Source: an uncultured virus (IMG/VR IMGVR_UViG_3300023174_000076)
Taxonomy: Duplodnaviria > Heunggongvirae > Uroviricota > Caudoviricetes
DNA: 61,967 nt
Virus record (IMG/VR): IMGVR_UViG_3300023174_000076
Direction: 5' to 3' (one strand)
In this document: piece after piece, positions 40,470-49,320 of the stretch
Layout of the letters: each line of letters begins with the position of its first letter
Position numbering within the stretch: position 1 is the first letter of the stretch
Translations under genes and position numbers: made by a program
The notes under the pieces: generated by a model
What the model was told of the DNA's origin: nothing
Database searches by the model: none
What the model saw: the letters and a program-made list of their open reading frames with translations, nothing else

Positions 40470-40922
40470 ATGTCAGAATCACTTCTTCATACTCCAGAAC
40501 TATTGTTTTCAATAGATTCTACAGTAGATGAAGAATCTTCCTATAATTTAGTTTCTTTGTATAGTTCTACTTTTATTCTAAATAATTATTATGATTCAAA
40601 AGAATATACTTTAGAACAAATTTTGTATTTATGCACACAATTTGCAATATTTTCCGGTAGAGTAAAAATTGCTTCCAAACAGGATTCTCCCACTATAGCC
40701 TCTAAAATACCTTTAGAGGTTTTTAGATATAAGATGTTAGATGATGGTTCTTGGTATTATGCTAAAACCACACCTAGAAATCATAAACCTGGATATATAG
40801 TAGAAGGTGCTCTATGGACAAATGGCATGTTCTATTTAACCAGAACTGAAGATACTAAACAGATTTTAGAAGCCACTCTATCCGTTGATCAATATACAAA
40901 GGATTTACACGGTTACCCATGA
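40470..40922 (+). CDS. Hypothetical protein
   Basis: Directly adjacent ORF. Confidence 0.5.
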   Translation: MSESLLHTPELLFSIDSTVDEESSYNLVSLYSSTFILNNYYDSKEYTLEQILYLCTQFAIFSGRVKIASKQDSPTIASKIPLEVFRYKMLDDGSWYYAKTTPRNHKPGYIVEGALWTNGMFYLTRTEDTKQILEATLSVDQYTKDLHGYP

Positions 40923-41179
40923 CAATTAAAACAACTTTTTACCGGTCGAGTTCATTTATTACGAATGTCTCTTGGGACGATGATACCGAAACTTTACTTG
41001 TACAGTTTATCAGCGGAACTACTTGGTTATATCATGATGTACCTCAAGATACGTACAACCGTTTAGTTCGTTCTCCTTCTGTCGGACAATTTTTTAATAA
41101 AAATATTAGAGACAAATATCCAAGCGAAGTAATAAATAGAGCATCTCAGCAGGTGGTGAAAAATGGGGAAGAAAAATAA
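40919..41179 (+). CDS. KTSC-domain protein
   Basis: SSFI..V.WD....TL.VQF.SG..W.Y.DVP...Y..L..SPSVGQFFN..IR. Confidence 0.85.
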   Translation: MTIKTTFYRSSSFITNVSWDDDTETLLVQFISGTTWLYHDVPQDTYNRLVRSPSVGQFFNKNIRDKYPSEVINRASQQVVKNGEEK

Positions 41180-41342
41180 AAATAAACGTTTTAAAAACTA
41201 TGGTTATAATTATAGAAACCAGCATTTCTATGAGAATTTTTCCACAAATACCACTGGTTATATCGCTAAATCAGACCAAATAAATAAAATTGCTTTAGAA
41301 GTTTTTGGTTCTTTACATTTTCAAGTCACTGCAGAAGACTAG
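41163..41342 (+). CDS. Small hypothetical protein (59 aa)
   Basis: GGTGG RBS; MGKKNKNKRFKNYGYNY...ALEVFGSLHF. Confidence 0.45.
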   Translation: MGKKNKNKRFKNYGYNYRNQHFYENFSTNTTGYIAKSDQINKIALEVFGSLHFQVTAED

Positions 41343-41363
41343 AATATCTGCTATAATGTTATC

Positions 41364-41972
41364 ATGACTACCATAGTTGCCATCCAAGGTGACGGCTTTG
41401 CTTTAGTTTCTTGTGATTCCCGTATATCAGATGTAGACAGTAGCGGTTATATTTCACAAGTTAGCACCTTAAAAGAAGGTACTGCAAAGGTTGCTTTAAA
41501 CGGCAAATATCTTTTGGGTGCTGCTGGCGATCTTAGGGCAATAAACATTCTTCATCATGCCTTTACTCCCCCTCCCCCACCTGCTGGAATAAAGGGTAAG
41601 AAACTCGATCAGTTTTTTACTGTTAAGTTTATTCCTGCACTTCGTGAATGTTTTGAATCTCAAGGCTATGCTACTCCAGACAAAGACGAGAAAATGCATA
41701 TGGCTGAACATGATTCATTATTGATTGTTGCTGTATGCGGGAATATTTATGTTGTTGACGGCGATTATTCTTGGCTATCTGATACATCCGGAGTCTATGC
41801 TCTTGGTAGTGGTTCTTCTTATGCTCTTGGAGCATTAACCGCGTTAATGCCAAAGACTGCACTAACGGTGCAAACAGCAAAAAAAACCGCACTTAAAGCA
41901 ATGAGTATAGCTTCTAGATTTGACCCCCACACTGGATCTCCATTCCATACTTTTGTTCAGGAAAATCAATAG
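41364..41972 (+). CDS. Proteasome beta-subunit/HslV-like Ntn threonine protease
   Basis: N-terminal M-T-T-I, CDSR, conserved Lys (AKV), GAAGD, ALGSGSSYALG, DPHTG; probable leaderless start 6 nt after TGnTATAAT. Confidence 0.88.
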   Translation: MTTIVAIQGDGFALVSCDSRISDVDSSGYISQVSTLKEGTAKVALNGKYLLGAAGDLRAINILHHAFTPPPPPAGIKGKKLDQFFTVKFIPALRECFESQGYATPDKDEKMHMAEHDSLLIVAVCGNIYVVDGDYSWLSDTSGVYALGSGSSYALGALTALMPKTALTVQTAKKTALKAMSIASRFDPHTGSPFHTFVQENQ

Positions 41973-42046
41973 CTTATAAATTGTTTATAATACGTTTTTA
42001 TTGATTATTATATTCTTTAACTACATTATTGATTTTAAGGTCTAAC

Positions 42047-42424
42047 ATGAACGAAACTTTAGTTTGCACAGTGTGTGACAAGAAATGGCAAAGATTACGT
42101 GCCCGCGGCAGAAAACCAATTGTTTGCCCTGCATGTGTCGTCCAAGAAGCTTCTGACAATAAAGAACTTCTTACTACCCCTAAAGTTGAAACTCATAATA
42201 ATGATTTAACTTCTGATGTAAAAAGCATTCTTTGTAACGTATATAGTTCTTATTATCCAAAAGATATTAATGTTTACAAAATAACAGAATCTAAACCCAA
42301 GGTAAAATGGGTTTGTGTTCATTGTAATTTTGAAATGGTTAGTGTTATACCATTAACTGCTGTGCCTTTGCACAAGTGTTCTAAAAACACCTCTTCTCTT
42401 ACTGAACTATCCTTAGCTAAGTAA
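42047..42424 (+). CDS. Zinc-ribbon protein
   Basis: CTVC...GRKPIVCPAC...CVHC...HKC. Confidence 0.6.
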   Translation: MNETLVCTVCDKKWQRLRARGRKPIVCPACVVQEASDNKELLTTPKVETHNNDLTSDVKSILCNVYSSYYPKDINVYKITESKPKVKWVCVHCNFEMVSVIPLTAVPLHKCSKNTSSLTELSLAK

Positions 42425-42722
42425 GTTATATATTATATTAATATATCACTCATTTCATAGCTCAAAAGGATTATATGGAGACTCAAGAACAAATTAATAC
42501 ACCATTAGATAAGATAAAATATTTTTTATTAAATTTAATTAAAAAGTTATCTGATTTTAAAGTTTTTGTTAGAATAACTGAACTTATATTATCTTTATTA
42601 TTTACTTTTATTTATGGCAGGAAACCTATAGTATCCTGGTAATCCAGAATATTGGATTTTATCTAATTTTATAATTTATTATATTTTTTTTATTTACCTA
42701 TTTACCACAACAGGAGTTTGTC

Positions 42723-43073
42723 ATGTCTACCGCAGCCGTTTCTACTGAAACACAAGTTCATTTAGTCCCAAAAAGGTTTGCAATTGCTGAACCATCAAAA
42801 CTTCTCACCTTTCTCAAGGGAGAACCACCAGTAAACGCAGGCAAAGGCCGCAGGCGCAATCCAGTTATCACCCAGATTTACAACTCACTTATCGAGAACC
42901 GTAATGTATGGGCACACATTAACATACCGATTACAAGCAAAGAGCAGCTTGCATCGCTTCGTGCAGCACTGTACTCAAGAGCAGAAAAAGATAATTTAAC
43001 AACTCAGACTTCATCATTGTTTAACGATCAAACAAAAATGTATGACGTTTGGGTAATGCTCACAAACCGATAA
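42723..43073 (+). CDS. Hypothetical basic protein, possibly nucleic-acid binding
   Basis: Strong AGGAG RBS; GKGRRRN. Confidence 0.55.
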   Translation: MSTAAVSTETQVHLVPKRFAIAEPSKLLTFLKGEPPVNAGKGRRRNPVITQIYNSLIENRNVWAHINIPITSKEQLASLRAALYSRAEKDNLTTQTSSLFNDQTKMYDVWVMLTNR

Positions 43074-43080
43074 TAAAGTT

Positions 43081-43259
43081 TTACCGTAAAAGTTTAAATG
43101 CTTTTTATGTTGCAAGCATAAAATAGCTCCTTTCGTTAGACTTTTACGGTAATTAAGTTTTACTATGGGGTTAATCTTATTATTTGTAAATACTTATTGT
43201 ACTCATTTGTATTTATGCCTATAAGATTAACCTCATGGTAAGCTAAATTCTTTTTTTTT
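43081..43259 (+). repeat. Two tandem long inverted repeats followed by a T tract
   Basis: 43081-43097/43136-43152 (17 bp) and 43160-43180/43221-43241 (21 bp); the mismatches are G-U compatible on the + strand. Confidence 0.8.
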
Positions 43260-43361
43260 ATTTTAATTCAAAAAGTCTTTTTTTATACTAGTTCCTCAAG
43301 TCGTAACTTTAATGTGGTATAATAGATGTTTAAAGTCCATGAAACAAAGGATGCATAGAAT

Positions 43362-44171
43362 ATGGAATATACTGAACTTTATCCAAAAGTAGATGTTTAT
43401 ACCGGGCTCTTGCCTGACGCAGATGAATTATATAGAATAATGAAACAGTCTGAAACTGATGCCGATGGAAGATTCTATTTAAGAAAATGGGATCAATGGT
43501 CCGTATTCGGAACATATACATTGCCAAAAGACAGTGATCTAGAACCAAGAGAATTTGGACAAAGATGCGATGAAGAAAAATATTTAAGCGATAGAGTATA
43601 CGAAGCATATAAATCAGCCATAGATGATTACGTTGCTCGTCATAATATTGAACTTCCAGAAGGATCTCATTTAATGACTTCGTCATTTTCTAAATACAAT
43701 GATCAGATTGATTATCTAGACAATGACCTAACCATGCAGTACCATACCGATTTTATAATTTGCGAAAAAGACATGCCTGGAGATAAGTTCTTTTTGACCT
43801 GCACTACATATATTAATGATGATTACGATGGCGGAGATATTTGTTTTTACATAGATGGAAAATTTATTAATCATAAACCAAAAGCTGGAGATATATTAAT
43901 ATTTCCATCAACCGAACCTTATTACCATGGAGTTAAATCAATTACAAAAGGCAATAAGTTTTTTGTAAGAAATTTTATTGTTTATAATTTTAATGGAACT
44001 GAAGAATGGTTAAAGAATCAAAGATTCTATGGTGCTCATAGGTGGGGCAAAGTAGAACAAGAAAGAGTTGAGCATGAGATGGCCCGCAGCATGCTTTACA
44101 TCGTTGATGGTAAAGTGGTACCCTTCGAAGAAGCAAGACCAGATCCAAGATATAAAAATTTAAAAAAATAA
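43362..44171 (+). CDS. 2OG-Fe(II) oxygenase
   Basis: YHTD, YINDDYDGGDI, KPKAGD.LIFPS, YYHGV. Confidence 0.85.
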   Translation: MEYTELYPKVDVYTGLLPDADELYRIMKQSETDADGRFYLRKWDQWSVFGTYTLPKDSDLEPREFGQRCDEEKYLSDRVYEAYKSAIDDYVARHNIELPEGSHLMTSSFSKYNDQIDYLDNDLTMQYHTDFIICEKDMPGDKFFLTCTTYINDDYDGGDICFYIDGKFINHKPKAGDILIFPSTEPYYHGVKSITKGNKFFVRNFIVYNFNGTEEWLKNQRFYGAHRWGKVEQERVEHEMARSMLYIVDGKVVPFEEARPDPRYKNLKK

Positions 44172-44185
44172 TATCAAACAAAATT

Positions 44186-45526
44186 ATGAACAATAGATTA
44201 TTTATATTTGATTTAGATGGTGTTTTAGTGGATAGTAAAAAAATTCACTACGATGCTCTAAATGAGGCTTTATTTACCGTTGGTGAAAAATATATCATTT
44301 CATTAAATGAACAGAAAGAATTTTTTGAAGGCCTAACAACAAATCAAAAGTTACAAATACTAACGCAAACTCGTGGGCTTCCTGAATATAAATACGATTT
44401 AATTTGGAAACAAAAACAATTAAATTCAATAAGTTTTTTTCAAGAATTAAAAACAGATACTGAATTAATAAATATTTTTAAAACTATTAAAAATAATAAT
44501 ATTAAAATTTGTGTTGCCAGTAATAGTATAGAGTTAACAGTTAAAACATGTTTAGAATCTCTCGGATTAATGGATTTTATAGACTTTTATATAAGCAACG
44601 AGAGTGGTATTTCCCCTAAGCCAAGTCCAGATATGTACATCAAGTGTATGGAGCATTGCGCAGTAAGCACTAGCGATACGGTAATTTTTGAAGATAGTTA
44701 CATCGGAAGATTAGGCGCTTTTAAAAGTGGAGCAAGAGTTGTTTCTATTGAAAATAGGATAGATTTAACTATAGAAAAAATTACAGATGAAATAAATAAA
44801 CAAGTTAAAAAAATTAATGTGCTAATACCTATGGCTGGAGAAGGCTCTAGATTTAAGGCTGCGGGATTTGATATGCCTAAACCACTCATCGACGTTAACG
44901 GCATTAGTATGATAGAGACAGTATGCAAAAATATAGGTATTGATGCTCACTATATTTTTATCGCGCAAAAGAAGGACATTGATAAATATAAAATCAAAGA
45001 ACATTTATCAAAATTCTGCATGGATTTTACTTTAGTCGAACAAGATGGGAAATTAGACGGAGCAACTAAAAGTTGTCTTTTAGCCAAGAATATCATTGAT
45101 AATGATGGTCCGCTTGTAATAGCTAATTCAGATCAATATGTTAAATGGAATCCCAATTTTGTTATACATCAATTTATTAATTCTGGTATTGATGGATCAA
45201 TACTTACATTTCATTCAACCGACACAAAATGGTCGTATGCCAAAAACAATGAGCATGGTGTTGTCTCAGCTGTAGCAGAAAAAAATGTCATTAGTGATCA
45301 AGCTACGTGTGGAATTTACTACTGGAAAAAAGGTAGTGATTTTGTTAATTACGCGGAAAAAATGATACAAAAAAACATTAAAACCAATAATGAATTTTAT
45401 GTTTGCCCTACTTATAATGAAGCTATTGAAGACGAAAAAATTATCATTACTCATAAAGTAGAAGAAATGCATGGTCTTGGCACCCCCGATGATTTAAAAG
45501 CTTTTTTAGAAAATCATAGTATTTGA
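44186..45526 (+). CDS. HAD-family phosphatase fused to a sugar-nucleotidyltransferase
   Basis: FDLDGVLVDS, KPSP, FEDS; then IPMAGEGSRF...PKPLI, ANSD, LGTP. Confidence 0.85.
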   Translation: MNNRLFIFDLDGVLVDSKKIHYDALNEALFTVGEKYIISLNEQKEFFEGLTTNQKLQILTQTRGLPEYKYDLIWKQKQLNSISFFQELKTDTELINIFKTIKNNNIKICVASNSIELTVKTCLESLGLMDFIDFYISNESGISPKPSPDMYIKCMEHCAVSTSDTVIFEDSYIGRLGAFKSGARVVSIENRIDLTIEKITDEINKQVKKINVLIPMAGEGSRFKAAGFDMPKPLIDVNGISMIETVCKNIGIDAHYIFIAQKKDIDKYKIKEHLSKFCMDFTLVEQDGKLDGATKSCLLAKNIIDNDGPLVIANSDQYVKWNPNFVIHQFINSGIDGSILTFHSTDTKWSYAKNNEHGVVSAVAEKNVISDQATCGIYYWKKGSDFVNYAEKMIQKNIKTNNEFYVCPTYNEAIEDEKIIITHKVEEMHGLGTPDDLKAFLENHSI

Positions 45527-45528
45527 TC

Positions 45529-47163
45529 ATGCATCTTATATCTCATAGGGGAAATATTAATGGAAAAATACCAGATAAGGAAAATAGTCTTCGCTATATA
45601 GAGTCGGCTATAAATCTGGGATATGAAGTAGAAATAGATATTTGGTATTTAGCCGATGAGCGTAAATACTATTTGGGCCATGACAAACCAGAGTACCATG
45701 TTGATATATGGTTTATAGATAATATAAAAGATAAACTTTGGCTTCATTGCAAAAATAAAGATGCTCTTTCATATCTTAGAGATGATTTTGATAATATCAA
45801 TTTTTTTTGGCATCAAGAAGACAGTTACACGATAACCAGCAAAGGATACGTATGGGCTTTTCCTGGTGAAAAATTAGTAAAAAATTCAATCATTTTATTT
45901 CCAGAAAATTATCCAGATGATAGAAACAAGTTACTTTTATCTTCTGGCATTTGTAGCGACTATATCTCTGATTATGAAACTTATAAGAATATAGAAAAAA
46001 TTGAACACAATGAAAACGAGATTATTTTAAAATTAAAAAACCCAGTCTATAATTTTTTTAGTCATAAATTTAATATAAATACAAAATATGAAAATGAATT
46101 AAAACTAGCGAGCGATGAAGAGTTTGCTGGATTTAGCATGGGCGTGTCCGGGGACCCATCTATTGATCGTTTATTGCCGATAGTAACTGAATTAACAAGT
46201 ATCGAAAAATATTATGAATACTATAATCACATATCTGATGAAGCTTCTATGAAAATAGAAAATGTTTTTATTTATCCATTTACTGTAAGATATCACCATA
46301 ATTTAATGGAACTTTTTCCTAAATTAATTAAATTAAAAAACATTGATCCAAATTTTACATTTTTATTAGCTTCTTGGGCACACGAAGAAGATATAAAAGA
46401 ATATAGTAAACATAGGGATAAAAATAATAAAGATTTATATTTTAATTATTTAATTGAATTTTTAAATGTATTAAATATAAAATATAAATTTATTTATAAA
46501 GAAAATTTTAATGAAATAATTTTTAAAAATAGTTATATATTTTATGAAAAACAAATTTCTGTTAATCAAAACTTAATTAATAATAATGATTCACCACATA
46601 ATTTTCTTGAAAAAAAATGGGATGAAAAACTTTCCATTTATGGCTATTCCCATAGCCAATTATTCTACAATTTTCACCCAAGCAATAATCAGTATCGATT
46701 AAAATATATAAATGATTATATTAATAATAACTTAAATTTAAAACAAGATAATTATCCTAAAAAAATATTTATATCAAGAAAAAATTTTTCTGTAAGAAAA
46801 AATATTAATATTATAAATATTGACAATACTAAAGAAAAAAACGTAGAAAAAGTTTTTGAAAAAAATGGATACCATGTTATTAACATGGAAGATTTTAATT
46901 TTTTAGAACAATTAAAATTTTCTTACAACGCATTAGTGATAGCCTGTTTTGTTGGTTCATCAATTTTAAACGCATTTTTTTCTCATAAAGATGTAAAAAT
47001 TTTTTATTTAAACCCAATAAATGAAGAATACAACAATGAACCTCACTTAAAGCGTTATTATGATTTTATCCTTGGGGATGCCAAAGTGCAGCACAGTAGT
47101 TACGATATAGACATGAATAGTGAAAACTTTATTGAATTAGAAAATATAATAGAAAATTTATAA
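45529..47163 (+). CDS. GDPD/PLC-like phosphodiesterase domain fused to a glycosyltransferase-61 (DUF563)-like domain
   Basis: ISHRGN...VEIDIW...LGHD...WLHCK; C-terminal YHH..ME..P, KIFISR, MEDFNFLEQ, GSS..N. Confidence 0.72.
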   Translation: MHLISHRGNINGKIPDKENSLRYIESAINLGYEVEIDIWYLADERKYYLGHDKPEYHVDIWFIDNIKDKLWLHCKNKDALSYLRDDFDNINFFWHQEDSYTITSKGYVWAFPGEKLVKNSIILFPENYPDDRNKLLLSSGICSDYISDYETYKNIEKIEHNENEIILKLKNPVYNFFSHKFNINTKYENELKLASDEEFAGFSMGVSGDPSIDRLLPIVTELTSIEKYYEYYNHISDEASMKIENVFIYPFTVRYHHNLMELFPKLIKLKNIDPNFTFLLASWAHEEDIKEYSKHRDKNNKDLYFNYLIEFLNVLNIKYKFIYKENFNEIIFKNSYIFYEKQISVNQNLINNNDSPHNFLEKKWDEKLSIYGYSHSQLFYNFHPSNNQYRLKYINDYINNNLNLKQDNYPKKIFISRKNFSVRKNINIINIDNTKEKNVEKVFEKNGYHVINMEDFNFLEQLKFSYNALVIACFVGSSILNAFFSHKDVKIFYLNPINEEYNNEPHLKRYYDFILGDAKVQHSSYDIDMNSENFIELENIIENL

Positions 47164-47235
47164 AAACCTAGGCCTCAGGTTACTTCTTTCAAAAACATAT
47201 ATGCTATACTAGAGGAACGAAGTCAGATGCTCTCC

Positions 47236-47265
47236 ACGGGCAGGGTTAGCAATAGCTCTGCCCGT
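47236..47265 (+). promoter_or_regulatory. 13-bp GNRA-capped hairpin downstream of a TGnTATACT promoter (TATACT at 47205-47210)
   Basis: ACGGGCAGGGTTA-GCAA-TAGCTCTGCCCGT. Confidence 0.55.
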
Positions 47266-47283
47266 TGAGTTACAGGAGATATT

Positions 47284-47655
47284 GTGGGATTATACGACTC
47301 AATTCACTTAGAATATAAAAACATTCCGATGCCCCTCAATGCCAATGAGGAAGAAATAGAGTTTATTAAGCAGGCGGTTTATACTGATTCTTTTCAGACA
47401 AAAGATCTCGCCAACTGCCTTGATCATTTTTTAATTGATGAATATGGAAGATTTTTTAGCCTAAATGTTTCTGAATTTGACCAAACAATTGACAAAGAAG
47501 AATATATACATCAACACATAGAGTGTTATATGGTGGTAAATGTTGATGATGACAAACACTGGTTAAACTACGACATCAAATTTACTGATGGAATTGTGTC
47601 AGATATAAAAGTTTTGGAATGGAAAAAGATGAAGATGGGCCTTCAAAAGGGATAA
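47284..47655 (+). CDS. Conserved phage hypothetical protein
   Basis: MGLYDSI...FQTKDL...KFTDG; AGGAG RBS. Confidence 0.6.
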   Translation: MGLYDSIHLEYKNIPMPLNANEEEIEFIKQAVYTDSFQTKDLANCLDHFLIDEYGRFFSLNVSEFDQTIDKEEYIHQHIECYMVVNVDDDKHWLNYDIKFTDGIVSDIKVLEWKKMKMGLQKG

Positions 47656-47665
47656 GTAATGATTT

Positions 47666-47741
47666 GCGGTTGTAACTTAACAGTAGAGTACATGAGTTTC
47701 CGATCCATGGTGTGAGGGTGCAATTCCCTTCAACCGCTCCA
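47666..47741 (+). tRNA. tRNA-Gly(TCC), atypical
   Basis: Acceptor GCGGTTG/CAACCGC, discriminator U and encoded CCA; anticodon TCC; the T loop is TGCAATT and the D loop lacks GG. Confidence 0.72.
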
Positions 47742-47749
47742 ACACTGTT

Positions 47750-48904
47750 ATGTTTGAAAGACCTAATTTTGTCAAAAATTATTATGATGATTCAATAATA
47801 ATAAAATTTAAAAATCCAAATTTTTCTTTATTTAGGATAAAAAATTCCCCAACTTCTCCCGTTCCATTGCCAATAAGCGCAGAAATAAATCTGAATAAAC
47901 ATATAAATAAAACTGTTTTTGTTACAGCATTTACGCCTAGATATTTTCATCTACTTCTAGAATGTTTTCCATTAATTCTTGAATTAAAAAATAAAGTTAA
48001 TTTATCTGATTTAGTTATTGTGTCACCAATGCCTTTGGATGAGGAAACTGGTTTATTCAAACATTTTACAAATAAATATCAATATCCATACTATGATATA
48101 AATAATCCAGAAGATACAAAAGTTTTTAGCTTTACTTCTTTATATGGTATTAAAAGCAATTTTAGTATAATACCAGATTTTTGTAAATATTTTGGGATTA
48201 ACTTAATCTGCATTCCTGAACACGAATTCAATAACACATCTTTCGATTATGCGTATTTTATCTATGGAGAAAAAAATCAATATGTTGATGATGAATTTGT
48301 TTTTATAAGTGAAGAAATGTTTAATCGTGGAACTGTACAGGCAGTTGATCCACCACGTGTTTTAGTGCCTATAAAAATTAGAAAAGAATATGGAATAATT
48401 TGTCCAGAAATTATACAAAAAGAATATATTGACTACCACATGCTTCTTCCTCATAAATCAAGAAAAGATGATTCGTTTAATTCTTTTAAACTACTTAGAG
48501 ATAGTTATCCAAAATTTAGTATTATACCAGGAAAAAAAATATATGTATCTAGAAAAAATTTTCCAGATAGAAATGTTTATGAAGAAAAATATGTAGAAGA
48601 ATATTTTAAAAAATTAAATTATGAAATAGTATATTTTGAAAATTTGAATATATTTGATCAGTCTAGGATTTGTCAGGAATCAGAAAAGATAGTTTGCTTG
48701 TATGGAACAAGTTTATTAAATTGTGGATTTTGTTCAGATAAAACTATTGTAATTTCAATAAAATATAATATGCCAAAAAATGATTATACAATTAACAGCG
48801 CCTACAATTCTATCTTTAGGGGAAATTCAATAGAACATATTGAGCTAGATTACAATGGTGATGATCTACTTGGTTTTATCCAAGATCAAAAAGACTTGTG
48901 GTAA
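47750..48904 (+). CDS. Glycosyltransferase family 61 (DUF563)-like protein
   Basis: YFHLLLECFP, KIYVSR, FENLNIFDQ, YGTSLLN. Confidence 0.75.
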   Translation: MFERPNFVKNYYDDSIIIKFKNPNFSLFRIKNSPTSPVPLPISAEINLNKHINKTVFVTAFTPRYFHLLLECFPLILELKNKVNLSDLVIVSPMPLDEETGLFKHFTNKYQYPYYDINNPEDTKVFSFTSLYGIKSNFSIIPDFCKYFGINLICIPEHEFNNTSFDYAYFIYGEKNQYVDDEFVFISEEMFNRGTVQAVDPPRVLVPIKIRKEYGIICPEIIQKEYIDYHMLLPHKSRKDDSFNSFKLLRDSYPKFSIIPGKKIYVSRKNFPDRNVYEEKYVEEYFKKLNYEIVYFENLNIFDQSRICQESEKIVCLYGTSLLNCGFCSDKTIVISIKYNMPKNDYTINSAYNSIFRGNSIEHIELDYNGDDLLGFIQDQKDLW

Positions 48905-48918
48905 TAAAAGGAACTACT

Positions 48919-49320
48919 ATGAAAGAAAAGAAAATAAAGAGCCACGAAGAACGCAGAGAAATATATTTAAAGCGTAGAGAATATATGAAAGCTTATCAAA
49001 ATAAATGGCTGCAAGGTCGTCGCACTGAATGGCTTCAGGAAAATGGCCCATGTAAAAAATGTGGTAGCTCGGAAAATCTAGAAATAGATCATATAGATCC
49101 AAGCCAAAAAGAATATCATATAGGTAGTTTATGGAGTAGAAAAAAAGAGTTTAGAGAAAAAGAATTAGCTAAATGTCAAGTTCTCTGTAAGTCATGTCAC
49201 TTTGCAAAAACAAACAGAGAAACTAAAGAATTTGGCCACGGGACACCAATAAAATATGCTACCTGTAAATGTGTTCTTTGTAATCAAATGAAAAAATTTC
49301 ATCAAAAAATATCTAAGTAA
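48919..49320 (+). CDS. HNH endonuclease
   Basis: CKKCGS..NLEIDHIDP...KCQVLCKSCH..KT. Confidence 0.85.
   Translation: MKEKKIKSHEERREIYLKRREYMKAYQNKWLQGRRTEWLQENGPCKKCGSSENLEIDHIDPSQKEYHIGSLWSRKKEFREKELAKCQVLCKSCHFAKTNRETKEFGHGTPIKYATCKCVLCNQMKKFHQKISK

Noticed and set aside
43105..43134. Minus-strand GAAAGGAG followed by a mini-ORF MLAT
   Set aside because: Only four codons and inside a hairpin whose G-U pairs favour the plus strand; better read as an anti-SD-like sequence on the plus strand.
43289..43302. CTAGTTCCTCAAGT resembling CTAGGCCTCAGGT at about 47168, both upstream of promoters
   Set aside because: Only two imperfect copies at different spacings; too weak to call an operator.
48919..49320. 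HNH gene as part of a self-splicing intron or mobile element
   Set aside because: It is free-standing between intact genes; no interrupted host gene or terminal repeats are visible.
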